From: a virus
DNA length: 64,000 bases
IMG/VR virus record: IMGVR_UViG_3300032334_000315
Location: 1 to 64,000 of that record
Direction: 5' to 3' (one strand)
The position numbers and the translations under genes are program-made. Position 1 is the stretch's first letter; each line of letters begins with the position of its first letter. Below, in pieces: positions 6,024-15,290 of the stretch. Under the pieces are notes generated by a model, which ran no database searches, was not told where the DNA came from, and was given only the letters and a program-made list of their open reading frames with translations.

Positions 6024-6052
6024 ATAGTACCACGAGCTGGCAGGATTGTCAA
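6024..6052 (-). promoter_or_regulatory. early sigma70-type promoter
   Basis: TTGACA-N17-TACTAT. Confidence 0.8.
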
Positions 6053-6085
6053 CCCGTGGTGCTAAACATTTTTGTAATTCTTTTG

Positions 6086-6784
6086 TTACTCTTTGTAAGA
6101 CTCCTTGAGAAGGAACGCGGGCATGTATTCACGCGGGTCATCCTGAGCCGCCAGCTCAAGGCGAGCAAATTCCTCAAGAACCTCTTCCTGAGTTTGCGTC
6201 ATGGCTTGCTTGGTCACAGGATGCTTTTTGGCTGAGGCTGAGACCGCTTTCATTGTCTCAAGGTTCTTGGCCTTAGCAAGAGCCTTAGCCTCGTCCGATA
6301 CACGAGCCGGGTCAATCACAGGCTTGGCCTTAGCGGCATGTGCCTTATTGATTGCACGAACCGACGGCTCGGCTGCAACCTTAGCCGACTTAACCTTAGC
6401 CGCAGGCATGGGCTTGACACGACCAGACTTCACGGCCTTAGCAATAAGCTCATTTGCTTCGGCATGGATGTCCTTGACCGGCGCTTTAGCCTTGGGCGCC
6501 TTAGCGACCTTAGCTTTGGGCGTCTTGGAACCAGTGGTGCCGGCGAGGGCCAGAGCGTCGGTGACGGCCGAGAAGTCGGTTGAGACCATCGTATAGCTTA
6601 CGACCTTGCGACCCTCTCGGAGGGGCTCAAAGGCCAGCTTAGCTGCACGGATCTGGCTGAGACCATACCGGGCATTGCGTTCCGAACCCAGAAGCGCGAC
6701 CAGCTCAGCCACCGTGACCTTGCCAGACTTTTGCTTGCAGAATTCAACAATTTTATGGGCGCATTTGGCATCAAACTTGGACAT
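6086..6784 (-). CDS. early protein: winged-helix-like N-terminus, Ala/Lys/Pro-rich linker, PAFL tail
   Basis: Composition and by-eye similarity of the N-terminus to 47297..47503. Confidence 0.75.
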   Translation of the reverse strand: MSKFDAKCAHKIVEFCKQKSGKVTVAELVALLGSERNARYGLSQIRAAKLAFEPLREGRKVVSYTMVSTDFSAVTDALALAGTTGSKTPKAKVAKAPKAKAPVKDIHAEANELIAKAVKSGRVKPMPAAKVKSAKVAAEPSVRAINKAHAAKAKPVIDPARVSDEAKALAKAKNLETMKAVSASAKKHPVTKQAMTQTQEEVLEEFARLELAAQDDPREYMPAFLLKESYKE

Positions 6785-6817
6785 GATATATACCTTTCGA
6801 TTTTTACCTACTTTTAT

Positions 6818-6846
6818 ATCCTACTAGGAATGGCAAGGATTGTCAA
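6818..6846 (-). promoter_or_regulatory. early sigma70-type promoter
   Basis: TTGACA-N17-TAGGAT. Confidence 0.75.
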
Positions 6847-6903
6847 TATGGTTTTGCACATTTTCAGCATTATTTTTGTAACCGTTCATGTTACAATCTT
6901 TAC

Positions 6904-7050
6904 TCAGGCAGTAGCCTCCCATGCTGTGATTAGCGTTTGATAGTTAATCTCATAAGGCAAAGCTAAAGTCTCAAGCTCTCGAAGATATGTAACCTTTTCG
7001 GCAACAGTCTCAAGTGCGCGAAAAGTCTGAAAAATGTATTCAATAGTCAT
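6904..7050 (-). CDS. small hypothetical protein (48 aa, not in ORF track)
   Basis: AGGAG RBS, MTIEYIFQTFRALETVAEKV..., promoter upstream. Confidence 0.65.
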   Translation of the reverse strand: MTIEYIFQTFRALETVAEKVTYLRELETLALPYEINYQTLITAWEATA

Positions 7051-7080
7051 GCTCTAGCTCCTTTGATTGACTCTATACAC

Positions 7081-7109
7081 AGAATACAAGGAAAAGGCGC
7101 CATTGTCAA
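7081..7109 (-). promoter_or_regulatory. early sigma70-type promoter
   Basis: TTGACA-N17-TATTCT. Confidence 0.65.
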
Positions 7110-7165
7110 TAGCGCCTTCCAAGTTATTTTCAGATAGTTTTTGGTGTTGCTAAAATGTCACATCG

Positions 7166-8536
7166 CTAGAACTTGGCAATCAATGCGTCAACCTCGGGCA
7201 TGGTAGCACGCCAGCTGGTGCCGCGCGACCGATCCAGTGCGTCCATATAATTCCGGAACATTACCAGCTTCTGGGAACATTCGGTATCTGTAAACGTGGT
7301 GAGATTGTTTTTCAGATAACCAACGATATGCTTTTGGTCAGCATGTGGCAAATCGGACTCCTCATAAATGCGAATGACGGCCTCTTTAGCCTCTCGAGGT
7401 AGGTTGACGATATCGACCTGAGGTGGTGCGCGAAGGATGCGAAACACAAAATCATTATAGCCGAGCTTACTGAAATACCTATGCATTGTGATAGGTGAGA
7501 ATATGGAATAGATGCCGATGCAAGATGTGATGTTGGCAATCTTTTCGTGCAAGCCATATTCGCGCAGCATTTCAATATTATGGAGGATGCGGTCGAACTT
7601 CAACGGGAATCTAATCAGGTTGTACCGGTCTTCAACATCGTCCGCGCTGATACGGATGATGACATCCTTAAACTCGGTGAGGTACTTCAAAATCTTTGGA
7701 TTGAGGACGCTCAGGTTGGTATCGTATTCCATGACGATGTTTTTAGCATAGCCACGCTCGACCAACTTCTCAATGAAAACATCGTGGACTGGCTGAATGA
7801 ACGGTTCACCGCCTGTGATATAGACATGACGAAGGTGCGGCGAGAATTCATCAAACTGCTTCCACCAACGTGGGTCATCGTTCCACGAATCTGTATCGGC
7901 TGAATATGTTTTGCGACCAGTAGGAGATGTTTTGACCTCAATATTATATCGCTTTGTGCCTACGTCAAAGAAATTCTTGCGATTAACTAAAATTTGATCC
8001 TCATACCACAAAGATGAATAGAGAGGTTCGCACATAACACATTTGGCATTGCATAGATTGCTAAATCGCATATCCAAACTCAATGGCATCATATCAATAG
8101 AGCCATCAGCATCCATGATGTTTGGTGCAGTCTCGGGTAATACCGCACCAGTCAAAGGATGACCACCTATACGATCACGGTTCGTTCCGCTATCTAGATT
8201 TTGATAGTATGATCGTACAACGCGAAGTGATGTAGGAATTTCGTTGTGAGTTGCAGCAGCATCATCACGATCCCAACACACCTTGCATATCTCGTGGCGC
8301 TTACCTTCAGACTGCGCTAATCGCAACTCCTTATGCCACTTGCTGTTCATAGCATCTTTGATTGAGTGCGTTAAAACATTCATCGTGTTGCCGTCATCAT
8401 CTACAGCAACGCCATGGCTATCACGACCATCTGATGTCTTGTGGCCCGTGAAGCAGCAAATCTTAAAATCACCTGATGGCAAAATCATAATAGATGACCA
8501 TGGCATCGTACAAAATGTTTTATTGCTGAACGGCAT
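7166..8536 (-). CDS. radical SAM protein with N-terminal SPASM/twitch-like Cys cluster
   Basis: CNAKCVMC, GGEPF, N-terminal FCTMPW...CC...CKVCW. Confidence 0.88.
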   Translation of the reverse strand: MPFSNKTFCTMPWSSIMILPSGDFKICCFTGHKTSDGRDSHGVAVDDDGNTMNVLTHSIKDAMNSKWHKELRLAQSEGKRHEICKVCWDRDDAAATHNEIPTSLRVVRSYYQNLDSGTNRDRIGGHPLTGAVLPETAPNIMDADGSIDMMPLSLDMRFSNLCNAKCVMCEPLYSSLWYEDQILVNRKNFFDVGTKRYNIEVKTSPTGRKTYSADTDSWNDDPRWWKQFDEFSPHLRHVYITGGEPFIQPVHDVFIEKLVERGYAKNIVMEYDTNLSVLNPKILKYLTEFKDVIIRISADDVEDRYNLIRFPLKFDRILHNIEMLREYGLHEKIANITSCIGIYSIFSPITMHRYFSKLGYNDFVFRILRAPPQVDIVNLPREAKEAVIRIYEESDLPHADQKHIVGYLKNNLTTFTDTECSQKLVMFRNYMDALDRSRGTSWRATMPEVDALIAKF

Positions 8537-8753
8537 CCACCTTCTCCTTCTTTCCCCAACCAACTGCATTCCACACGCGCTCGTGCGAGTAGTAAATAAA
8601 GGTGTTAAATATAGCAGCAAGACCAGCTACGGCTAGACCTGCGCGCCAGTCACCAGTTACCATATATGTATATGTGAAATTCACACCTGTGAGTAGGACG
8701 CGCCATGTGACAATTTTTGCGACTGTGCGCCAATGCGTTTCAACGAATGTCAT
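8520..8753 (-). CDS. DUF2061-like small membrane protein
   Basis: ETHWRTVAKIVTWR...YYSHERVWN. Confidence 0.8.
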   Translation of the reverse strand: MTFVETHWRTVAKIVTWRVLLTGVNFTYTYMVTGDWRAGLAVAGLAAIFNTFIYYSHERVWNAVGWGKKEKVDAVQQ

Positions 8754-8755
8754 GT

Positions 8756-9898
8756 TTACTCCAAATAATATAGAGGGCTGTAGAATGGCATCATATTCTT
8801 TTTGAATCCGTCTTCTTCTCTCCTCAGAGGATCCAGTCTGCCGTAGATAGAATTTACGATACTACGATACCGAAGCCCAGCAAGAACATTGCTAGTCAAT
8901 AACCATTTATCTCTTGCGCTGTAGACGAATGAATGCGCTTTGCCATTACAGAAGATATCATTCGACCATTTTGGATACAACAGTGTTTTAACAGGCTCAT
9001 CTTTTAGGAACTTATCAAACAGTGGCGAGTATCCATTTGATTTATATGAACCACGAACACTATCAGCAAATGCGCCTGCATCAGTTGAGTGCGTGATAAA
9101 ATTTTTGACAACATGTGCTTGCTTGATTGGTATCAATGGAAAATCAGGTGACCAATAAAACAATTCATCGTACCAACCCTGATGATATTTTTTCTGTACA
9201 TATGGGCCAACACAGTTATCTATGTTGTCGCAGAAACGAAATGCATGTTTGCCATTCTCGTATACCATGAATGGCTTTTCTTTACCCCATACAAAGCAAA
9301 CTTTTTTACCCGCCTCAATCATATTTTTGTAGTCTGATATCTTATCACGGAACAGGTGCTTTGCAGGATTATTTGGGCTGACATGAAAGTTCACGTTGTA
9401 TTCAAAGTCGGAATGCCACGTTTCAAATAGGTCAATGCAATATTGAGAAATGTCCACGAGACGGAACTTGAATTCAATTCCACTATCTTTTAGTTTTTGA
9501 ACGTCTGGAAAAACAACATTGGTAATTTCCGCGTTGTAGTGATTTTGTGCATCACTTGTCGCTTCATAATTCCATGTTGTTGCAATCTCGTCTATCTTCA
9601 ATCCAGCATCAATCCACGCTAGAAGAAGATTATGGCTATCACTACCGCCAGAATACCACAGAACAACATAATCATAATTTTCACGGATCTGTTTGGCCCT
9701 CATCTTATAGAGTGTCCACAAATCAGTTTCTGGTTCATGCTTCCAGTCTAATGCACTAAAGGCGGAGTGATTAAAATTCCACTCCGCCTCTAAGCTAGTT
9801 GTGGAAGCCCACTCAAGGGCTTCCATCTTACTATATGTTGTTCTATCCCCTACTGTGTAAAAGCCAAACTTATCCGCAGTGAAGGATGTTTTCATCAT
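8756..9898 (-). CDS. PP-loop (adenine nucleotide alpha-hydrolase-like) protein
   Basis: VLWYSGGSDS motif. Confidence 0.7.
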   Translation of the reverse strand: MMKTSFTADKFGFYTVGDRTTYSKMEALEWASTTSLEAEWNFNHSAFSALDWKHEPETDLWTLYKMRAKQIRENYDYVVLWYSGGSDSHNLLLAWIDAGLKIDEIATTWNYEATSDAQNHYNAEITNVVFPDVQKLKDSGIEFKFRLVDISQYCIDLFETWHSDFEYNVNFHVSPNNPAKHLFRDKISDYKNMIEAGKKVCFVWGKEKPFMVYENGKHAFRFCDNIDNCVGPYVQKKYHQGWYDELFYWSPDFPLIPIKQAHVVKNFITHSTDAGAFADSVRGSYKSNGYSPLFDKFLKDEPVKTLLYPKWSNDIFCNGKAHSFVYSARDKWLLTSNVLAGLRYRSIVNSIYGRLDPLRREEDGFKKNMMPFYSPLYYLE

Positions 9899-10443
9899 CA
9901 GAACTTATAGTTGACGCCAAGAGACATACGATCTTCGATGCCCTTGAAGTCAAAATTTTCTACGCGGCGGTACCGAGCATCAAGCTCGATTGCGGAGGTG
10001 ACCGCAAACTTAATACCACCACCAGCTGCCCAAACTGCCTCATTCTTAGGACCACCAACACGAACAGGAAGCTTGCTATCAACAAAGCGATAACCAACAC
10101 CGCCGAGGGCATACGGAGAGAAAGGACCAAACGCATATGATACAAGCGCATTGCCTGAAACCATGTTAGTATTGCCCTTGGTGTAATCATATGCGGCTTC
10201 TGCTGTGAAACCCATCGGACCAAAACCTAGAACCTTACGACCTGCAATAACGCCGAAAGCTGTAGGAGCTTGTCTGTTGACGCCATCAGTGACATTCGCT
10301 CCGACATTAACACCAACATAATTGTCGGCGCTTACGAAGACGGGTACGGGAGCCTTTGGAGCGACCTTGCCGCTTGGTACGTCAGTTGCATAAGCGGAAG
10401 TGCTTAGTGCAAGTGCGAAGATGGTAGTGATTGTGTTTTTCAT
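9898..10443 (-). CDS. outer-membrane beta-barrel protein, Omp25/RopB-like
   Basis: Signal peptide, TDVPS..APKAP, YVGVNVG, alternating strands, C-terminal GVNYKF. Confidence 0.85.
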   Translation of the reverse strand: MKNTITTIFALALSTSAYATDVPSGKVAPKAPVPVFVSADNYVGVNVGANVTDGVNRQAPTAFGVIAGRKVLGFGPMGFTAEAAYDYTKGNTNMVSGNALVSYAFGPFSPYALGGVGYRFVDSKLPVRVGGPKNEAVWAAGGGIKFAVTSAIELDARYRRVENFDFKGIEDRMSLGVNYKF

Positions 10444-10556
10444 ATTTACTCCTTAGTCTAAAAAGACATTATATAAAAGTAGGAAGATTCCTACGCTCAA
10501 TGCCATCCAGTTACAGATAGCAATCACGAGGGCTATTTCTAGCCACTCGCGAAACT

Positions 10557-10631
10557 TGGAGCGGGCGACAGGGTTCGAACCTGCGACGAACAGCTTGGAA
10601 GGCTGACACTCTACCACTGAGTTACGCCCGC
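10557..10631 (-). tRNA. tRNA-Gly(TCC)
   Basis: GCGGGCG acceptor, loop CTTCCAA, TCCA. Confidence 0.95.
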
Positions 10632-10642
10632 AATCTCTATAC

Positions 10643-10671
10643 ATTATATATAAATCTTTAATCGTTGTCAA
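10643..10671 (-). promoter_or_regulatory. sigma70-type promoter for tRNA-Gly and downstream genes
   Basis: TTGACA-N17-TATAAT. Confidence 0.8.
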
Positions 10672-10676
10672 GATAA

Positions 10677-11042
10677 TTATGCCTGTCTTGTGAGATAGTT
10701 TGGACGCACATATCTTGCACCAAAATATTCTTTGACCAACTGAATAACAATCTGATCGTCATATTCCTTGCATGAGAAAACATCGAGGTACATAGCATTA
10801 CCACCCATGCCATCATCTGGCACAAAATGCGCTACGATATTTGATGTTTCGATTAACTGTACCAATGTGTAGCCGGCCTTGTTGCCTGAGCCAAAGTTAA
10901 CAATCTGTGGTTCACCATAAGCGACCATATCAATATCTTTGACCAAACGCTTGACGAAATAATAGATGTTCTCCGCATCTGTGATTGCTGCGTGGTCTAG
11001 TTCAGCGCAGTCCAATAGGAGGTGATAACCCCAGTATGACAT
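10677..11042 (-). CDS. speD: S-adenosylmethionine decarboxylase proenzyme
   Basis: GYHLLLDC, QLIETSNI..HF, YLDVFSCK. Confidence 0.85.
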   Translation of the reverse strand: MSYWGYHLLLDCAELDHAAITDAENIYYFVKRLVKDIDMVAYGEPQIVNFGSGNKAGYTLVQLIETSNIVAHFVPDDGMGGNAMYLDVFSCKEYDDQIVIQLVKEYFGARYVRPNYLTRQA

Positions 11043-11053
11043 ATTCGTTCTCC

Positions 11054-12031
11054 TTAAAGTCCGTTAAAAGAATTACTGTTTCTTGTGTCGTAAGTCCATT
11101 CGTACCACGACTCGAAAAATGCTCGTACTTCCTTCTCGTTGAACACAGGAGACCTGAGAACGTCAACGATATTATCCGCCGTAGCCTTGTTACTCACACA
11201 ATCATACTCACATCTACCAAAGGTAATCACTGGGCGCTTATGAAGCATTGCTTCCATACCAGTACCAGAATTCACGACAACAACCGCATGTGCTTTGGGA
11301 ATCAAATCGTGAATGGACACGTCATCGACCCAATCAACATGATCGTATTGTTTAGCCGCTTGATATAATGATCCCATGCTACCTGGATTAACAGGATGAC
11401 CTTTTACAATCAGTGGCATATTTAGCTTCTTTGTAGCCTCACATGTTGCTATCATAGCATCAAGTACCGAGATGTCGGAATGGTACTTGATTGTTTCGTC
11501 GTGCGGAATCTGGCAAAGAAACAAAGCATATGGGCCACCTTCAATCTTGAGACTACCGATAGCTGGCTGCTGGAACTTGCTCTCGCCTGTGAGCGCACGA
11601 GCCTGCATCTGAGCATAGAAGCTTCCGTGTGGTAGCTCAAGGTTCCAATCATAGTCAAATGGGTACCTTGAGCTACCACCAGCAAAGCCCTTTGAGTCAA
11701 TATAAAACTGAAACGGAAAGACTGTCTGCATGTAATATCGAATCTCTTTTCCGTTCACAGGAAAAGTATCGGACGATTTGTGTGGCACATAAACGATATC
11801 AGTAGCTAATGATTCAACAAACTCAGGCGTGAATTGCCAAAGCGGCTTTTCAATATACTGAATGAAGTCACCTTTCTTTCGGTGAATCTCAAGCAACCGA
11901 TCGCCCATCTTTTGCCAGTGAACGCGAATCGGTGGAATAGGTCCACGACCTTCTGGTACTGGTCCTTCCTTAAATGTCACATCCAAGCGAGGAAATAGGA
12001 TTGTTACTTTTCTCAAGGCGTACTCTCCCAT
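11054..12031 (-). CDS. capsule polysaccharide export/modification-like glycosyltransferase (KpsS/KpsC-like)
   Basis: QIPHD, VKGHP, VNSGTGMEA..HKRPVITFG motifs. Confidence 0.75.
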   Translation of the reverse strand: MGEYALRKVTILFPRLDVTFKEGPVPEGRGPIPPIRVHWQKMGDRLLEIHRKKGDFIQYIEKPLWQFTPEFVESLATDIVYVPHKSSDTFPVNGKEIRYYMQTVFPFQFYIDSKGFAGGSSRYPFDYDWNLELPHGSFYAQMQARALTGESKFQQPAIGSLKIEGGPYALFLCQIPHDETIKYHSDISVLDAMIATCEATKKLNMPLIVKGHPVNPGSMGSLYQAAKQYDHVDWVDDVSIHDLIPKAHAVVVVNSGTGMEAMLHKRPVITFGRCEYDCVSNKATADNIVDVLRSPVFNEKEVRAFFESWYEWTYDTRNSNSFNGL

Positions 12032-12219
12032 GCGCTATTCAAAATAACCCAATCTTTGATACAGTTTTCTTTTGTTAGTTCTTTTGGGTTTGTTTTTTTG
12101 CGTTCTTCGCGCACCCAATCGCGCCAATCCCAATCAAGAATTTGTTCCTCTGATACTGTTTCGACTTCATAGGTTTCGCCTCGTTCACCGCCAGTTATCA
12201 TGTAAGAGAAATATCTCAT
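12013..12219 (-). CDS. hypothetical protein
   Basis: Translationally coupled ORF; CIKDWVILNSAWE. Confidence 0.7.
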   Translation of the reverse strand: MRYFSYMITGGERGETYEVETVSEEQILDWDWRDWVREERKKTNPKELTKENCIKDWVILNSAWESTP

Positions 12220-12407
12220 TTCTTAATCCACATCAATCCTAGATTAGAGACAGGTTCATAACCTTCTGCTTTCAATTCTTCTGTATTTTTTGATTCTTTA
12301 ATAAGATCAGCAATCAAATTGTTAGGCATTGGTTGAACTGAACAGATTTCTTCTGCTATTTTTTTTGCTACAGTTTCTCTGATAACTTTTAGTTGATCTT
12401 CATTCAT
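12216..12407 (-). CDS. small protein carrying a gp23-like IA..ICxVQPM motif
   Basis: KKIAEEICSVQPMP vs gp23 NLIAYDICGVQPMT. Confidence 0.7.
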   Translation of the reverse strand: MNEDQLKVIRETVAKKIAEEICSVQPMPNNLIADLIKESKNTEELKAEGYEPVSNLGLMWIKK

Positions 12408-13120
12408 CGCATCATCCTTTCGAAGAAAGCTTTCTTGGCAAGGTATGTAGGATTTTCATACTTCCTCGGTCCCTTACCAGTCCAGATCGTAGTTCCTTCC
12501 ACGAACTCCCAGTCCATAAATTTCGCGTCGAAATACCTAAAACGATAGTCAGTAATATCTTCCTGATAAGCTTCATTGATAGCCACCTGATCTAGAAACC
12601 ACGCAAGAGGGCCTTGCTTGATACGCTTTTCAACCTTCTCTAGGAATGGTACAGCCTCTTGTGAAATGAACACTGCACCAGCTGCTACACGACTACCAGC
12701 ATTTTCCCAACCCTGCGTACCGGGCAATGGCTCACGAAGAAACAATCCAACCTGATCATCAAGGATCGGTTCAATATGTTGCATAACCAAACAGTCGGTG
12801 TCAATGATAAGCAAATCACATTCATGGTTCTGCATCACAAGGCCTGCACTAATAAACCTATCGCAGGCATAAACCGTACGAAGTTCTTCTGAATCTTTAG
12901 GGCAAGCATACATGGTACTCATAGACCAACTAAAATCACTATGCGGCCATTCAGATATCTTGTGATACTTGGAACTCATATCATCAAGGATGTCACGATC
13001 ATCTTGCCCAGGAGCAATCACATTGATATGAATAGAGTTATTATGATATGCAGCCGACGCTACGAGCGCGGGCGCGTGTACGCGAAGATACTTGGAGTCG
13101 CAGGAAGCAAACAGTTTCAT
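12404..13120 (-). CDS. GT-A fold glycosyltransferase-like protein
   Basis: IIDTDC DxD, AAGAVF, WFLDQ, WTGKG. Confidence 0.7.
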   Translation of the reverse strand: MKLFASCDSKYLRVHAPALVASAAYHNNSIHINVIAPGQDDRDILDDMSSKYHKISEWPHSDFSWSMSTMYACPKDSEELRTVYACDRFISAGLVMQNHECDLLIIDTDCLVMQHIEPILDDQVGLFLREPLPGTQGWENAGSRVAAGAVFISQEAVPFLEKVEKRIKQGPLAWFLDQVAINEAYQEDITDYRFRYFDAKFMDWEFVEGTTIWTGKGPRKYENPTYLAKKAFFERMMR

Positions 13121-13353
13121 TCGATATTATCCATGACTTCAATTAGAGGTCGCGCAGCTTTCATGAAGTCGTCTGAAAACTGTTTGCATTCAAGATAACG
13201 TGTTCTCAGAACACCAATGGTCGTATGAATATGACCCATATCATGTGGACCATTCATCTCAGCATACTTCTCTAGATACGCAATTTCTTTCTTAAGGAAA
13301 TACATATGGTCAAAGATCGCCATAGCACCACCCATATGTTCACGAAAACTCAT
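13117..13353 (-). CDS. hypothetical protein
   Basis: Coupled ORF; HDMGHIHTTIGVL. Confidence 0.7.
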   Translation of the reverse strand: MSFREHMGGAMAIFDHMYFLKKEIAYLEKYAEMNGPHDMGHIHTTIGVLRTRYLECKQFSDDFMKAARPLIEVMDNIE

Positions 13354-13354
13354 C

Positions 13355-14089
13355 TTATCTTCCTATGATGTTATAGTCGCCATATGTTTCATTGGTAAGC
13401 TGCGGCACATAACCATTGAGAGTTGCTTCGGCTCGCATATCATGCCAAAGCTTCACAAGGTCTTGCCGTGGATGTTCCTCAGCTTTGCCAGTAAACCACG
13501 TAGGCTTCCAAGGTTGTGTACTCATTTTAGTATAGTGCAAGTGCCAGATATTGTCAAGCACTAATCCGTCACCGTCGTGACAATTCCATCGTGGATCAAG
13601 ATCGGTTACATATTCCGCATTGCCCGAGAACATGTTGATATATCTATGGTGTGCAGAAGGGTTAGGCTTCATTCGCGCCACAGGTGTAAGAATACCATTA
13701 AACTGCTCACAATCCATAACAATGACGCAAAACTCATGACCACCAAAACGAGCGCCGCGCCGAGCAGCCATAGGCCGCCCGTTAAGATCCGTTGCATATA
13801 GATCAGCGATATCACGCAAATTAAGCTGATCCACATCCATGTAAATTGCTCGCCCATGATAACCACATGCCTCTGGAATTGCCCAACGAAAGCCACTAAA
13901 CGGTGTAGACCAATTTTCCGTTTCCCATCCACCCCAATAGGAATTGGTATCGTGCGTCTGCCGCATCCATGTAATCTGGATAGGATGCGTGGTATGCTTC
14001 TTTAGTGTATATTCCAACACCATCTCAGCTTCAGCATCTTCATTGTTTGAAGATGTGCCTACGAAAATACGAATAGGTTCAATCATCAT
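13355..14089 (-). CDS. GT8-like glycosyltransferase
   Basis: STPFSGFRW, AIYMDVD, WN, LHYT..TQPW. Confidence 0.8.
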   Translation of the reverse strand: MMIEPIRIFVGTSSNNEDAEAEMVLEYTLKKHTTHPIQITWMRQTHDTNSYWGGWETENWSTPFSGFRWAIPEACGYHGRAIYMDVDQLNLRDIADLYATDLNGRPMAARRGARFGGHEFCVIVMDCEQFNGILTPVARMKPNPSAHHRYINMFSGNAEYVTDLDPRWNCHDGDGLVLDNIWHLHYTKMSTQPWKPTWFTGKAEEHPRQDLVKLWHDMRAEATLNGYVPQLTNETYGDYNIIGR

Positions 14090-14095
14090 AATCTC

Positions 14096-14317
14096 CTAGA
14101 GATTCAAAATACCGAGTGTCCAATTTTCCGCTGCACTCTCAGCATACGCTTCACTCTTACCGGGAAAGTATCTTGTTTCTACAACGACACCATCACGCTT
14201 GAAATCTACCGCATACATCTTAGGGCGTACATGTGATCCATCTGGATTCTGTAGCTCTTCAAACAAGCGGACTTCAGCAGATAGCTTTTTATCATCACTC
14301 CAAAATTGCGAAATCAT
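14096..14317 (-). CDS. hypothetical protein
   Basis: KSEAYAESAAENW pattern; ends in TAG. Confidence 0.72.
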   Translation of the reverse strand: MISQFWSDDKKLSAEVRLFEELQNPDGSHVRPKMYAVDFKRDGVVVETRYFPGKSEAYAESAAENWTLGILNL

Positions 14318-14934
14318 TATGCTCTCCTTACAAAAAACATACCAGTGCGTTGCATGAATGGCTTCTGCATATTAGACTTCTGGGTTCTAATTTCTAAAGT
14401 CGTTTGAGGATCAAAATCGAAACCATACTTATTAAACACAGCAAACCAATATTCAGCTGGCTGACAGTTCACATGATGATGACCCGGTGCACCAGGACCA
14501 GCAGCGGTGCAAATAACATACTTGCAGCGAGCGAAAGCTTGCATATAGTTGTCCTGATATTCCTCATCAACATGCTCAAGGAATTCTACTGACCAACCAA
14601 GATCAAACTCACGGTCTAGCGGAGCTGGTCCAGTTGTGAAATCGTGAATGATAATCTTTGTTTCTGCCTCTTTAGGTACTTCCCAATCGCCATCAACACC
14701 AACGGCCTCAAGGCCGCGCATACTCGCGATGCGTACCATGCCGCCAGGGCCACAGCCAACATCGAGGAATGATTTGATATTATACTTCTCTATTAGATAG
14801 AGAAGAGTGCCACGATCATTGTGGGTCTTGTTTAGATGCCCGCCCAGATGAGAGGGAAGAGAATCTTGATTTGCTTGTGATGTGTTCTGGTCCACGATGC
14901 CACTTTCCGTTGATGTTGTCATTGATATAATCAT
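14317..14934 (-). CDS. class I SAM-dependent methyltransferase
   Basis: LDVGCGPG, SVEFLEHV, GHHHVNCQ. Confidence 0.85.
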   Translation of the reverse strand: MIISMTTSTESGIVDQNTSQANQDSLPSHLGGHLNKTHNDRGTLLYLIEKYNIKSFLDVGCGPGGMVRIASMRGLEAVGVDGDWEVPKEAETKIIIHDFTTGPAPLDREFDLGWSVEFLEHVDEEYQDNYMQAFARCKYVICTAAGPGAPGHHHVNCQPAEYWFAVFNKYGFDFDPQTTLEIRTQKSNMQKPFMQRTGMFFVRRA

Positions 14935-15277
14935 CCCGTTCTAATACGCCATTGATAAATTGCTCTTTTACTTCCTCATAGTTTACACGACCTTTGGTCG
15001 AATGTAAAGAGATAATTTCTCGTCTGAAGAGATTTTTGTTGGAGTCTTTGATTTTGGCTTTGAGTAAATCACTGGAGCCATAATACTTTTTCCAGTCAGA
15101 TTCGGATCGCTGACGACGGGTCTTACCCTTAACTTTTCTGATAGACCAGAAGTACTTTCTACCGATGTACTTCTGGCCCTCTGGTGTTGTGATAAGGTAA
15201 ACGAAGCCGTACGCATCCCCGATATCTTCACTATCAAATTCCTTACCATTAAAAGTCCACGCATTTTCATATGTCAT
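14816..15277 (-). CDS. GIY-YIG nuclease-family protein (Seg-like)
   Basis: GFVYLIT...KYIGRK, YYGSS, E, NxNI. Confidence 0.8.
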   Translation of the reverse strand: MTYENAWTFNGKEFDSEDIGDAYGFVYLITTPEGQKYIGRKYFWSIRKVKGKTRRQRSESDWKKYYGSSDLLKAKIKDSNKNLFRREIISLHSTKGRVNYEEVKEQFINGVLERDDYINDNINGKWHRGPEHITSKSRFSSLSSGRASKQDPQ

Positions 15278-15290
15278 AGACTTATATAGT

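Noticed and set aside
10453-10671. 72-aa ORF spanning tRNA-Gly
   Set aside because: Its TTG start is the -35 box of the tRNA promoter; at most a short hydrophobic peptide after the tRNA, which is unsupported.
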